A stretch of DNA of 64,000 bases from Escherichia coli (GTDB lineage: Bacteria; Pseudomonadota; Gammaproteobacteria; Enterobacterales; Enterobacteriaceae): NCBI RefSeq assembly GCF_036507355.1, contig NZ_AP027877.1, one strand, 5' to 3'. Each line of letters starts with the position of its first letter. Positions within the stretch are counted from its first letter, which is position 1. Below are positions 10,757 through 21,165 of this stretch, piece by piece. The notes below the pieces were generated by a model. The model worked only from the letters and a program-made list of their open reading frames with translations, was not told the origin of the DNA and made no database searches. The position numbers were made by a program, and so were the translations under genes.

Positions 10757-11929
10757 TTACTGCTTCAGAGTAGCAAATGCCTGAATGATGGCATCGATTT
10801 GCTCACGACTGTGGGCAGCGTTTACGCTACAGCGCAGCAGCGTGATGCCTGCAGGCGCGGCAGGTGGCAGGATAAGATTCACATAAACGCCCAGCGAAAT
10901 AAGCTCGCGCCAGATGCGTAAACCTTCCTCTTTCGAACCGATTATTACCGGCACTACCGGACTAATATGTGAACTTAACTCATAACTCAGCTTTTGCAGC
11001 CCGTCATACAGATGGTTGGCATTATCCATCAGTTTTTGCCGCAACTCTGGTTGAGTGGCAATGGTTCTTAACGACGAGCGCACGGTTGCAATGCAGGAAG
11101 GAGAAGGGGAGGCGGTAAAAATATACGGACGACTGCCGTAGCGCAGCACTTCCATCGCTTCCGAACCCACGGCAAAACCACCAATAGAAGCCAGGCTTTT
11201 ACTGAAGGTGCCAACGATAATATCCACATCATCTTCAACGCCAACGGCTTCAACCAGCCCGCGCCCCGTTGCGCCTAACACGCCAAACGAGTGAGCTTCA
11301 TCGACAATTAAATATCCGCCGAGACGACGTTTGATATCAACAATTTCCGCCAGCGGCGCAACGTCACCGAGCATACTGTAGATGCCCTCAACGATGATAA
11401 TCGCCTCTTTCGCCCGTTCACCGAGGCGAACCATGCGCCGTTCCAGATCTTTAGCATCGTTATGGCGGAAACGAATAATTTCCGCGCCACCGAGAGAACA
11501 GGCGTCATAAATACTGGCGTGGCTGTCAGCATCCAGTAACACCACGGCGTTATGGTCGGCAAGTGCGCTGATGACGCCTAAATTAGCGGTATAACCGGTT
11601 GAAAAAACGATAGCGGTAGGGCGATTGAAAAACTCAGCAATCTCTTTCTCTAACGCCAGATGCGGCGCATAACTGCCGTTTGCCATACGAGAACCGGTGG
11701 TGCCGGTGCCTTGGGCCGCTAACGCTGCCTGACCTTCGGCGATGGCATCATGATTGAAGGTTAATCCGAGATAATTATTGGTCCCGGCCAGAATCACTTT
11801 TTTATTGCCGATCCGGCCTTCGGTGGCGGAATACACTTCATCAATACAGGTGCCAAACGGTGTTAACCCGTTGTCACTAAATTGCAGACGCTCGCCAGCA
11901 AGGCGCGCATATTTATCGTATAGCCCCAT
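10757..11929 (-). CDS. PLP-dependent alpha-oxoamine synthase family acyltransferase (AONS/KBL/serine-palmitoyltransferase-like)
   Basis: 390 aa; class-II aminotransferase fold motifs and PLP lysine context GTFSKSL. Confidence 0.8.
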   Translation of the reverse strand: MGLYDKYARLAGERLQFSDNGLTPFGTCIDEVYSATEGRIGNKKVILAGTNNYLGLTFNHDAIAEGQAALAAQGTGTTGSRMANGSYAPHLALEKEIAEFFNRPTAIVFSTGYTANLGVISALADHNAVVLLDADSHASIYDACSLGGAEIIRFRHNDAKDLERRMVRLGERAKEAIIIVEGIYSMLGDVAPLAEIVDIKRRLGGYLIVDEAHSFGVLGATGRGLVEAVGVEDDVDIIVGTFSKSLASIGGFAVGSEAMEVLRYGSRPYIFTASPSPSCIATVRSSLRTIATQPELRQKLMDNANHLYDGLQKLSYELSSHISPVVPVIIGSKEEGLRIWRELISLGVYVNLILPPAAPAGITLLRCSVNAAHSREQIDAIIQAFATLKQ

Positions 11930-12177
11930 TATTTATTCTCCAGCCATGGAAGTAGAGTTTCCATTAATTGCGCAGGGGTTTTGACATCCAGCAGAATATT
12001 AATAGGAATGGAAATATCGAATCTGTCTTCCAGCATCATTAAGAGATCCATCACTTTGATCGACTCCAGGCCAAGATCGTTGACGAGATCGCTGTCGGGC
12101 TTAATTTCCACACCGTTTTCGACCAAATCCTGTAAACAGGAAAGGATGTAATCCATTACTATTTCACGATTTACCAT
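11929..12177 (-). CDS. Acyl carrier protein
   Basis: 82-aa acidic protein with phosphopantetheine attachment motif DLGLESIKVMDL. Confidence 0.7.
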   Translation of the reverse strand: MVNREIVMDYILSCLQDLVENGVEIKPDSDLVNDLGLESIKVMDLLMMLEDRFDISIPINILLDVKTPAQLMETLLPWLENK

Positions 12178-12208
12178 AGAAACGTTAACACACCTTTAAA
12201 CAAGACAA

Positions 12209-13123
12209 TCAAAATAGCCCGTTGCGTAATGCGTGTTCCAGGCTAATCCCGGGAAACCAATTAATATCTTCAGAAATACGGTTATTACTTGCCGACCAGT
12301 CGGCGTGGGTTAATTCACGAATTTTCGAGCGGGTCAGCATAGGTTCTTTACCTGCCAGGCGACTCAACGCGGTACTGATATCCGCAAGGCAGGTGAGTAC
12401 CGGCAGAGGAATGCCAACCATTCGCACGGAACCACAACGGGCGTCGGCGGCAAGTTGCTGTACGCGTTGCCAGTCATAGCCGCCAGCGACGCCATCGCAT
12501 AATTCATAGGTTTGCGTCTGTACAGTTTCGGCGCTTAACCACTGACCCACTGCTTGCGCAAAATCGGTGACATGCAGGAAAGAGAGCTGTGTATCTGGTG
12601 CACCAAGTCGTGGCAGCAGGCCGCGCAGCATCCAGTCAAACAGCGGTTTTAACTCTTTATCGCCGGGACCATACACGGCTGTCGGGCGAAAAACGCCCAG
12701 CGTAATTTCGTCAGCCATTGCCGTCAGCCGTTGTTCGGCGACGTGTTTGGAATTTGCGTACCAGGAGAGCTCGGGATGGCGCGCCGCCAGCGAAGAGATA
12801 AACAGAAAACGTTGGCAAAAGCCGCTCTCTTTTGCTGCTTGCATCAGGCGCAGGCTGCCGTCAACGTTACAGTGGGTAAAAATCTCTTCTTTGTGTCCGC
12901 GCACTTGCCCGGCGCAATGGACCACCGCGCTGGCTCCGGCAACCAGTTCGCTAAGCGAATGTGTATCTTCCAGCGAACCGCGCACCCAAGTAAGATTATC
13001 ATTGACGTGAGCGCGGGCAGTACGCGTCAATGCGCGAACGTGAAAGCCGCGGGCGAGCAGGTTATCGATAATATATTTACCGATAAAACCGGTAGCGCCC
13101 GTCACCGCGACAGTTTGATTCAT
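12209..13123 (-). CDS. NAD(P)-dependent epimerase/dehydratase or reductase (extended SDR)
   Basis: N-terminal Rossmann motif VAVTGATGFIGKYI; 304 aa. Confidence 0.75.
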   Translation of the reverse strand: MNQTVAVTGATGFIGKYIIDNLLARGFHVRALTRTARAHVNDNLTWVRGSLEDTHSLSELVAGASAVVHCAGQVRGHKEEIFTHCNVDGSLRLMQAAKESGFCQRFLFISSLAARHPELSWYANSKHVAEQRLTAMADEITLGVFRPTAVYGPGDKELKPLFDWMLRGLLPRLGAPDTQLSFLHVTDFAQAVGQWLSAETVQTQTYELCDGVAGGYDWQRVQQLAADARCGSVRMVGIPLPVLTCLADISTALSRLAGKEPMLTRSKIRELTHADWSASNNRISEDINWFPGISLEHALRNGLF

Positions 13124-14844
13124 GCCAGGGATTCCTGCACATGAAGGCTTGCAGCATAAGCCTTCTGATAACGTTTTTTCGCTTCCGCACGGGCAGGCTT
13201 GCCGGAGGACGTTCGGGGAATGCTGTGGGGCGGCAACAGATCGATAGCCGCGGTCACGCCAAATTCGCTTTGGATCCGTGCTGCCAGCGCGTGGATAAGC
13301 TGCCCGCGACGTTCTTCATCGCTGATCCGACACTGGATCTGCAAAATGATTTTTTCCTGGACGGTAACAAAAGCAATCGCATCGCCAGAATGAATTTCCG
13401 GTTCCTGTTCCGCTATATATTCAATATCCTGCGGCCAGATATTACGGCCACGAATAATAATCAGATCTTTAATGCGTCCGGTGACATACAGATAACCATC
13501 CAGCAGATAACCGAGGTCGCCAGTGTCTAACCAGCCCGTCGCGGCAATCTCGTCTTGCGAAGCCTGGTCGCCAAAGTAACCGCTCATCAGACTGGGACCG
13601 GAGATGCAAATATGGCCTACCACACGTTCCGCGACCGGCATACCTGCTTGATTGCGGATTTCAATACCATGTTCCGGCAACGCTTTGCCGCAGTTGACGA
13701 AAGTCGATACGGCGCGTGTCTCTGCACCCGGCGCGACGGCTTTACCCTGATATTCGAGGATGTCGCGATCCACTTCGTTAACTACAACCCCGGAGGCTTC
13801 ATCAGAGAAGCTGACAGCCAGCGCATTTTCTGCCAGGCCGTAGCACGGCATGAAAGTTTTATCGTCAAAGTTAACCTGACGGAAACATTCAGCGAATTGA
13901 TGGAGTTGTTCTGCGGAGATGGGTTCTGCACCAATACCAGCGACGCGCCAGCAGGAAAGATCCAGTTCAGCGAGATCTTTTTCATTCACGCGGCGCTGGC
14001 ACAATTCATAGCCAAACGGCGGCGCAACGGAAACGGTGCCGCGATTTTTACTGATCAATTTAAGCCATTGCAGAGGACGCATGGCAAAATCCTGAGTGCG
14101 CAAATAATCTACTGAAAGTTGCGTGGCGACGGGGGTCAGGAGAAAGCCGACCAGTCCCATATCATGGTAGAAAGGCAGCCAGGAGACGCAGCGGTCGCCA
14201 GGGCGTAATTTAATGCCGTCGTGGCTTATAGCACGTAGATTAGCCATCACTTCGCGATGGGTGATAATGACGCCACGGGGAAAACGGGTGCTGCCGGAGG
14301 TGTACTGGAGGTAGGCGATATCGTTCGGAACTGGACGCTGGAGCGCAACATCGGCTTCCGGTAATGCCTTAAACCAGGCGTGGCTTAAAACATGTAATTC
14401 GGGGTTGTCATGCGTCGCGGCATTGACCAGTGGCAACCACTCATCACCAGTGATAATGGCTGCGGGCTGGCAACTTGTCAGTAAACCCTGCAATTTGGCG
14501 CTCCAGGAATCCCGCTGACCAACGCCCATTGGAATCGCCAACGGGACGGCGACTAAGCCGGCATACTGGCAGGCAAAAAAAGCCTCTACGAACCCGCTAC
14601 TTGTTTCGGCAATCAGTGCCACGCGATCGCCTTTTTTCAGGTTCAGCGATAACAACCGCTTCGCACCAGCTTCGGCACGCGCTTTTAACGTCTGATATTC
14701 CAGTTGATCTTCAAGTTGGCAACGTCTGTCATAAAAATTCATTCCAGCGCTACTCAGAGCGGCGTAGTCCAAAGCATCAACCAGCGTTGGAAAATCGGCA
14801 TAGCGTATAGGTAGGGAATGCGTAAAGATTTTATTAGACATATA
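13120..14844 (-). CDS. Fatty acyl-AMP ligase / acyl-CoA synthetase (AMP-binding superfamily); start taken at ATG MSNKIF
   Basis: AMP-binding motifs (YLQYTSGSTRFPRGV, GYG/ELC region); stop overlaps the start of the downstream epimerase gene. Confidence 0.8.
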   Translation of the reverse strand, partial: YMSNKIFTHSLPIRYADFPTLVDALDYAALSSAGMNFYDRRCQLEDQLEYQTLKARAEAGAKRLLSLNLKKGDRVALIAETSSGFVEAFFACQYAGLVAVPLAIPMGVGQRDSWSAKLQGLLTSCQPAAIITGDEWLPLVNAATHDNPELHVLSHAWFKALPEADVALQRPVPNDIAYLQYTSGSTRFPRGVIITHREVMANLRAISHDGIKLRPGDRCVSWLPFYHDMGLVGFLLTPVATQLSVDYLRTQDFAMRPLQWLKLISKNRGTVSVAPPFGYELCQRRVNEKDLAELDLSCWRVAGIGAEPISAEQLHQFAECFRQVNFDDKTFMPCYGLAENALAVSFSDEASGVVVNEVDRDILEYQGKAVAPGAETRAVSTFVNCGKALPEHGIEIRNQAGMPVAERVVGHICISGPSLMSGYFGDQASQDEIAATGWLDTGDLGYLLDGYLYVTGRIKDLIIIRGRNIWPQDIEYIAEQEPEIHSGDAIAFVTVQEKIILQIQCRISDEERRGQLIHALAARIQSEFGVTAAIDLLPPHSIPRTSSGKPARAEAKKRYQKAYAASLHVQESLA

Positions 14845-15211
14845 CACCACGAAAAAATTGGATATCCAAAATAAAATGACAATAATGCGGTGGATTATAT
14901 AGGCATAAAAGATAAATGAGATAGTATTTTCATCGGTGTGAAAATGAACATTGATTTAAATAATGAGTTTAAGTTTTTTGTTTTTATTGTGAATGATATT
15001 TAATTTATGAATATATTAAGAAGAAGCCTTGTCCGGTCGCCTTAAATCGACAAAAGGCATTGTGGCGCTTCTGCGTAGTCGCTGACCCTATCGTAATCAT
15101 TAATAAATACTATTTATTCGTCGTTTGTATTCATTGGGTTGATTATTAAGATGCCGTTCGTTGCTGTTGCAACCTGTTTTTCACCGTTAATTATTTGTTA
15201 TCCACAGAACT

Positions 15212-16354
15212 ATGGAATGCGATCTGCTGATGATCAAAATTGAAAAAGTAATTAATAAAAATGACCTTAAGGCATTTATTGCTTTTCCGTCATCACTTTA
15301 TCCCGATGATCCAAACTGGATACCCCCTTTATTCATTGAACGCAGCGAGCATTTGTCTGCGAAGAATCCGGGGACGGACCATATCATCTGGCAGGCGTGG
15401 GTGGCAAAAAAAGCGGGGCAGATAGTTGGGCGTATTACCGCGCAAATAGATACCTTACACCGCGAGTGTTACGGCGAAGATACCGGTCATTTCGGCATGA
15501 TTGACGCCATTGATGATCCGCAGGTTTTTGCCGCGTTGTTTGGCGCAGCGGAAGCGTGGTTGAAGTCACAAGGTGCAAGTAAGATCAGCGGGCCTTTCAG
15601 CCTGAATATCAATCAGGAAAGCGGATTACTGATTGAAGGTTTTGACACACCACCCTGTGCGATGATGCCACACGGCAAACCGTGGTATGCCGCGCATATT
15701 GAACAACTGGGTTATCACAAAGGCATTGATTTACTGGCGTGGTGGATGCAGCGAACCGATCTCACTTTCTCTCCGGCGCTAAAAAAACTGATGGTTCAGG
15801 TGCGCAAAAAGGTGACCATTCGCTGCATCAATCGCCAGCGGTTTGCCGAAGAGATGCAGATCCTGCGTGAGATTTTCAACTCTGGCTGGCAGCACAACTG
15901 GGGATTTGTGCCGTTTACCGAACATGAATTCGCGACCATGGGCGACCAACTTAAATATCTGGTGCCGGACGATATGATCTACATCGCTGAGATTGATTCT
16001 GCACCTTGCGCGTTTATTGTCGGCTTGCCAAACATCAACGAGGCGATTGCCGATCTGAACGGATCGCTCTTTCCCTTCGGCTGGGCAAAATTGCTGTGGC
16101 GTTTGAAAGTCAGCGGTGTGCGAACTGCGCGAGTACCGCTGATGGGCGTGCGCGACGAGTATCAGTTCAGCCGCATCGGCCCGGTGATTGCGCTGTTATT
16201 GATTGAAGCCTTACGCGATCCGTTTGCCCGCCGGAAGATCGATGCGCTGGAGATGTCATGGATCCTCGAAACCAATACAGGCATGAATAACATGCTGGAA
16301 CGCATTGGGGCGGAGCCGTACAAGCGTTACCGATTGTATGAAAAGCAGATTTAA
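15212..16354 (+). CDS. yghO: YghO-like protein (full length here)
   Basis: 380-aa ORF in the yghO position, divergent from the lipid cluster and adjacent to glcC. Confidence 0.6.
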   Translation: MECDLLMIKIEKVINKNDLKAFIAFPSSLYPDDPNWIPPLFIERSEHLSAKNPGTDHIIWQAWVAKKAGQIVGRITAQIDTLHRECYGEDTGHFGMIDAIDDPQVFAALFGAAEAWLKSQGASKISGPFSLNINQESGLLIEGFDTPPCAMMPHGKPWYAAHIEQLGYHKGIDLLAWWMQRTDLTFSPALKKLMVQVRKKVTIRCINRQRFAEEMQILREIFNSGWQHNWGFVPFTEHEFATMGDQLKYLVPDDMIYIAEIDSAPCAFIVGLPNINEAIADLNGSLFPFGWAKLLWRLKVSGVRTARVPLMGVRDEYQFSRIGPVIALLLIEALRDPFARRKIDALEMSWILETNTGMNNMLERIGAEPYKRYRLYEKQI

Positions 16355-16360
16355 TACCAG

Positions 16361-17125
16361 CTAACTCAGGTTCATCTCCAGCGGCACCGCCGAGCGAATC
16401 AAATGGTGGCCTTCCAGCTCGATATCGTGGAGATTCTTTTTCACGGTCCGCACATGATCGCGTGCTGCGCGCTGGGCGACGTGCGGCAGCCGCTGCAACA
16501 CCGCGTTGTAGATCCGCGCATGCTGGCGATCGATCTGCTTTTTTTGCTGTGGTCGATGGTAGAGATTATTTACGCTGGCAAACACTGAATTAAACATCAG
16601 ATCGGTCAATGATTGCAGCGTAAACACCAACACCTGATTGTGAGAAGCCTGACAAATGGCGAGATGGAAAGCGTGATCCAACTGCGCATGTTCGATCAGC
16701 GAAATCTCTTTGTTGTTCTCACTGGCGGCGAGCATTTTTTCATAACAGCGGGTTATCACAACAAAATCAGCCTGGGTTCCCAGCGTTGCCGCAAGCCTTG
16801 CCGATTCGCCCTCCAGCAATGCGCGAACGTCGAGCAGATCATACAGCGTTCGCGGCTGCGTACTGAACAGATGGATCAGCGGGCTGGTGTCCTGCACCCG
16901 ATTAAGCCGTGCGACACGAGAATCGCGACCCTGCGCCGTTTCAATAATCCCGCGCCCGCGCAGCACGGTCAGCCCTTCACGCAGTGCGGAGCGTGAGAAC
17001 CCGAGCTTTTCACACAGTCGACGTTCCGAGGGAAGCGGCTGACCGACCTTCAGTACGCCGTCGATAATTAACCGTTCGATACTCTCTGCAACCACTTCGC
17101 AAATAGGGCGACGTTCATCTTTCAT
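16361..17125 (-). CDS. glcC: GntR/FadR-family transcriptional activator of the glycolate operon, GlcC (start at MKDERRP)
   Basis: Matches recalled GlcC sequence and length (254 aa); divergent from glcD. Confidence 0.9.
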   Translation of the reverse strand: MKDERRPICEVVAESIERLIIDGVLKVGQPLPSERRLCEKLGFSRSALREGLTVLRGRGIIETAQGRDSRVARLNRVQDTSPLIHLFSTQPRTLYDLLDVRALLEGESARLAATLGTQADFVVITRCYEKMLAASENNKEISLIEHAQLDHAFHLAICQASHNQVLVFTLQSLTDLMFNSVFASVNNLYHRPQQKKQIDRQHARIYNAVLQRLPHVAQRAARDHVRTVKKNLHDIELEGHHLIRSAVPLEMNLS

Positions 17126-17375
17126 TCCCGGACCTCGTGCACAGGTAGGACCAATTTTTCTGTTCTTAACTCGCAAAACACGCACATCACGTAAGTGATT
17201 ATGTTACATCAATTTAACATTAAGTTAACCAAGACAAGGTCACAGAGCTGGAAAAAAAATGGTCTGACCGGTAGCTAAAGAGATAGACGAAAACGAAAAG
17301 CCCGCTTAATAACTGTTCACAGAAGCAGCGCGCAAAAATCAGCTGCCACACAACACAACAAAGCGAAGCCTACTC
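17126..17375. promoter_or_regulatory. Divergent glcC / glcDEFGBA promoter-operator region
   Basis: Intergenic region between divergent glcC and glcD; in K-12 it is known to carry the glc promoters and regulator sites; no motifs were mapped here. Confidence 0.4.
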
Positions 17376-18875
17376 ATGAGCATCTTGTACGAAGAGCGTC
17401 TTGATGGCGCTTTACCCGATGTCGACCGCACATCGGTACTGATGGCACTGCGTGAGCATGTCCCTGGACTTGAGATCCTGCATACCGATGAGGAGATCAT
17501 TCCTTACGAGTGTGACGGGTTGAGCGCGTATCGCACGCGTCCATTACTGGTTGTTCTGCCTAAGCAAATGGAACAGGTGACAGCGATTCTGGCTGTCTGC
17601 CATCGCCTGCGTGTACCGGTGGTGACCCGTGGTGCAGGCACCGGGCTTTCTGGTGGCGCGCTGCCGCTGGAAAAAGGTGTGTTGTTGGTGATGGCGCGCT
17701 TTAAAGAGATCCTCGACATTAATCCCGTTGGTCGCCGCGCGCGCGTGCAGCCAGGCGTGCGTAACCTGGCGATCTCCCAGGCCGTTGCACCGCATAATCT
17801 CTACTACGCACCGGATCCTTCCTCACAAATCGCCTGTTCCATTGGCGGCAACGTGGCGGAAAATGCCGGTGGCGTCCACTGCCTGAAATATGGTCTGACC
17901 GTACATAACCTGCTGAAAATTGAAGTGCAAACGCTGGATGGCGAGGCACTGACGCTGGGATCGGATGCGCTGGATTCGCCTGGTTTTGACCTGCTGGCGT
18001 TGTTCACCGGATCGGAAGGTATGCTCGGCGTGACCACCGAAGTGACGGTAAAACTGCTGCCGAAGCCGCCCGTGGCGCGGGTTCTGTTAGCAAGCTTTGA
18101 CTCGGTAGAAAAAGCCGGACTTGCGGTTGGTGACATCATCGCCAATGGCATTATCCCCGGCGGGCTGGAGATGATGGATAACCTGTCGATCCGCGCGGCG
18201 GAAGATTTTATTCATGCCGGTTATCCCGTCGACGCCGAAGCGATTTTGTTATGCGAGCTGGACGGCGTGGAGTCTGACGTACAGGAAGACTGCGAGCGGG
18301 TTAACGACATCTTGTTGAAAGCGGGCGCGACTGACGTCCGTCTGGCACAGGACGAAGCAGAGCGCGTACGTTTCTGGGCCGGTCGCAAAAATGCGTTCCC
18401 GGCGGTAGGACGTATCTCCCCGGATTACTACTGCATGGATGGCACCATCCCGCGTCGCGCCCTGCCTGGCGTACTGGAAGGCATTGCTCGTTTATCGCAG
18501 CAATATGATTTACGTGTTGCCAACGTCTTTCATGCCGGAGATGGCAACATGCACCCGTTAATCCTTTTCGATGCCAACGAACCCGGTGAATTTGCCCGCG
18601 CGGAAGAGCTGGGCGGGAAGATCCTCGAACTCTGCGTTGAAGTTGGCGGCAGCATCAGTGGGGAACATGGCATCGGGCGAGAAAAAATCAATCAAATGTG
18701 CGCCCAGTTCAATAGCGATGAAATCACGACCTTCCATGCGGTCAAGGCGGCGTTTGACCCCGATGGTTTGCTGAACCCTGGGAAAAACATTCCCACGCTA
18801 CACCGCTGTGCTGAATTTGGTGCCATGCATGTGCATCACGGTCATTTACCTTTTCCTGAACTGGAGCGCTTCTGA
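17376..18875 (+). CDS. glcD: Glycolate oxidase FAD-binding subunit GlcD
   Basis: 499 aa; FAD-binding PCMH-type domain motifs; operon context. Confidence 0.93.
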   Translation: MSILYEERLDGALPDVDRTSVLMALREHVPGLEILHTDEEIIPYECDGLSAYRTRPLLVVLPKQMEQVTAILAVCHRLRVPVVTRGAGTGLSGGALPLEKGVLLVMARFKEILDINPVGRRARVQPGVRNLAISQAVAPHNLYYAPDPSSQIACSIGGNVAENAGGVHCLKYGLTVHNLLKIEVQTLDGEALTLGSDALDSPGFDLLALFTGSEGMLGVTTEVTVKLLPKPPVARVLLASFDSVEKAGLAVGDIIANGIIPGGLEMMDNLSIRAAEDFIHAGYPVDAEAILLCELDGVESDVQEDCERVNDILLKAGATDVRLAQDEAERVRFWAGRKNAFPAVGRISPDYYCMDGTIPRRALPGVLEGIARLSQQYDLRVANVFHAGDGNMHPLILFDANEPGEFARAEELGGKILELCVEVGGSISGEHGIGREKINQMCAQFNSDEITTFHAVKAAFDPDGLLNPGKNIPTLHRCAEFGAMHVHHGHLPFPELERF

Positions 18876-19927
18876 TGCTACGCGAGTGTGATTACAGTCA
18901 GGCGCTGCTGGAGCAGGTGAATCAGGCAATTAGCGATAAAACGCCGCTGGTGATTCAGGGCAGCAATAGCAAAGCCTTTTTAGGTCGCCCAGTCACCGGG
19001 CAAACGCTGGATGTGCGTTGTCATCGCGGCATTGTTAATTACGACCCGACCGAGCTGGTGATAACCGCTCGTGCCGGAACGCCGCTGGTGGCGATTGAAG
19101 CGGCGCTGGAGAGCGCCGGGCAAATGCTTCCCTGCGAGCCGCCGCATTATGGTGAAGAAGCCACCTGGGGCGGGATGGTCGCCTGCGGGCTGGCGGGGCC
19201 GCGTCGCCCGTGGAGCGGTTCGGTCCGCGATTTTGTCCTCGGCACGCGCATCATTACCGGCGCTGGAAAACATCTGCGTTTTGGTGGTGAAGTGATGAAA
19301 AACGTTGCCGGATACGATCTCTCACGGTTAATGGCCGGAAGCTACGGTTGTCTTGGCGTGCTCACTGAAATCTCAATGAAAGTGTTACCGCGACCGCGCG
19401 CCTCCCTGAGCCTGCGTCGGGAAATCAGCCTGCAAGAAGCCATGAGTGAAATCGCCGAGTGGCAACTCCAGCCATTACCCATTAGTGGCTTATGTTACTT
19501 CGACAATGCGTTGTGGATCCGCCTTGAGGGCGGCGAAGGATCGGTAAAAGCAGCGCGTGAACTGCTGGGTGGCGAAGAGGTTGCGGGTCAGTTCTGGCAG
19601 CAATTGCGTGAACAACAACTGCCGTTCTTCTCGTTACCAGGTACCTTATGGCGCATTTCATTACCCAGCGATGCGCCGATGATGGATTTACCCGGCGAGC
19701 AACTGATCGACTGGGGCGGGGCGTTACGCTGGCTGAAATCGACAGCCGAGGACAATCAAATCCATCGCATCGCCCGCAACGCTGGCGGTCATGCGACCCG
19801 CTTTAGTGCCGGAGATGGTGGCTTTGCCCCGCTATCGGCTCCTTTATTCCGCTATCACCAGCAGCTTAAACAGCAGCTCGACCCTTGCGGCGTGTTTAAC
19901 CCCGGTCGCATGTACGCGGAACTTTGA
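18875..19927 (+). CDS. glcE: Glycolate oxidase subunit GlcE
   Basis: 350 aa; start overlaps the glcD stop. Confidence 0.92.
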   Translation: MLRECDYSQALLEQVNQAISDKTPLVIQGSNSKAFLGRPVTGQTLDVRCHRGIVNYDPTELVITARAGTPLVAIEAALESAGQMLPCEPPHYGEEATWGGMVACGLAGPRRPWSGSVRDFVLGTRIITGAGKHLRFGGEVMKNVAGYDLSRLMAGSYGCLGVLTEISMKVLPRPRASLSLRREISLQEAMSEIAEWQLQPLPISGLCYFDNALWIRLEGGEGSVKAARELLGGEEVAGQFWQQLREQQLPFFSLPGTLWRISLPSDAPMMDLPGEQLIDWGGALRWLKSTAEDNQIHRIARNAGGHATRFSAGDGGFAPLSAPLFRYHQQLKQQLDPCGVFNPGRMYAEL

Positions 19928-19937
19928 GGAGCAGGCT

Positions 19938-21161
19938 ATGCAAACCCAATTAACTGAAGAGATGCGGCAGAACGCGCGCGCGCTGGAAGCCGACAGCATC
20001 CTGCGCGCCTGTGTTCACTGCGGATTTTGTACCGCAACCTGCCCAACCTATCAGCTTCTGGGCGATGAACTGGACGGGCCGCGCGGGCGCATCTATCTGA
20101 TTAAACAGGTGCTGGAAGGCAACGAAGTCACGCTTAAAACACAGGAGCATCTCGATCGCTGCCTCACTTGCCGCAATTGTGAAACCACCTGTCCTTCTGG
20201 TGTGCGCTATCACAATTTGCTGGATATCGGGCGTGATATTGTCGAGCAGAAAGTGAAACGCCCACTGCCGGAGCGAATACTGCGCGAAGGATTGCGCCAG
20301 GTAGTGCCGCGTCCGGCGGTCTTCCGTGCGCTGACGCAGGTAGGGCTGGTGCTGCGACCGTTTTTACCGGAACAGGTCAGAGCAAAACTGCCTGCTGAAA
20401 CGGTGAAAGCTAAACCGCGTCCGCCGCTGCGCCATAAGCGTCGGGTTTTAATGCTGGAAGGCTGCGCCCAGCCTACGCTTTCGCCCAACACCAACGCGGC
20501 AACTGCGCGAGTGCTGGATCGTCTGGGGATCAGCGTCATGCCAGCTAACGAAGCAGGCTGTTGTGGCGCGGTAGACTATCACCTTAATGCGCAGGAGAAA
20601 GGGCTGGCACGGGCGCGCAATAATATTGATGCCTGGTGGCCCGCGATTGAAGCAGGTGCCGAGGCAATTTTGCAAACCGCCAGCGGTTGCGGCGCGTTTG
20701 TCAAAGAGTATGGGCAGATGCTGAAAAACGATGCGTTATATGCCGATAAAGCGCGTCAGGTCAGTGAACTGGCGGTCGATTTAGTCGAACTTCTGCGCAA
20801 GGAACCGCTGGAAAAACTGGCAATTCGCGGGGATAAAAAACTGGCCTTCCACTGCCCGTGTACCCTACAACATGCGCAAAAGCTGAACGGCGAAGTGGAA
20901 AAAGTGTTGCTTCGTCTTGGATTTACCTTAACGGACGTTCCCGACAGCCATCTGTGCTGCGGTTCAGCGGGAACATATGCGTTAACGCATCCCGATCTGG
21001 CACGCCAGCTGCGGGATAACAAAATGAATGCGCTGGAAAGCGGCAAACCGGAAATGATCGTCACCGCCAACATTGGTTGCCAGACGCATCTGGCGAGCGC
21101 CGGTCGTACCTCTGTGCGCCACTGGATTGAAATTGTAGAACAAGCCCTTGAAAAGGAATAA
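19938..21161 (+). CDS. glcF: Glycolate oxidase iron-sulfur subunit GlcF (start at MQTQLTEE)
   Basis: Two CxxCxxCxxxCP ferredoxin-type motifs (CVHCGFCTATCP, CLTCRNCETTCP); 407 aa. Confidence 0.9.
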   Translation: MQTQLTEEMRQNARALEADSILRACVHCGFCTATCPTYQLLGDELDGPRGRIYLIKQVLEGNEVTLKTQEHLDRCLTCRNCETTCPSGVRYHNLLDIGRDIVEQKVKRPLPERILREGLRQVVPRPAVFRALTQVGLVLRPFLPEQVRAKLPAETVKAKPRPPLRHKRRVLMLEGCAQPTLSPNTNAATARVLDRLGISVMPANEAGCCGAVDYHLNAQEKGLARARNNIDAWWPAIEAGAEAILQTASGCGAFVKEYGQMLKNDALYADKARQVSELAVDLVELLRKEPLEKLAIRGDKKLAFHCPCTLQHAQKLNGEVEKVLLRLGFTLTDVPDSHLCCGSAGTYALTHPDLARQLRDNKMNALESGKPEMIVTANIGCQTHLASAGRTSVRHWIEIVEQALEKE

Positions 21162-21165
21162 AAAA

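Noticed and set aside
17504-18151. Multiple antisense ORFs inside glcD (e.g. 17504..17719, 17804..18151) and similar antisense or overlapping ORFs inside other large genes (4357..4704 in yghS, 22219..22617 in glcB, 56699..57616 in ansB, 58084..58590 in yggM)
   Set aside because: They overlap well-supported genes on the opposite strand or in another frame and look like chance open frames typical of GC-rich E. coli coding DNA.
19791-19937. N-terminal extensions in ORF-track calls (glcF from 19791, glcG from 21148, speC from 48128, nupG to 51677, mutY to 54360, yggR from 62102, ruvX to 63890, glcC to 17185)
   Set aside because: The extensions start at upstream or non-ATG codons and overlap the preceding gene or lack an SD; the shorter starts matching known protein N-termini were used instead.
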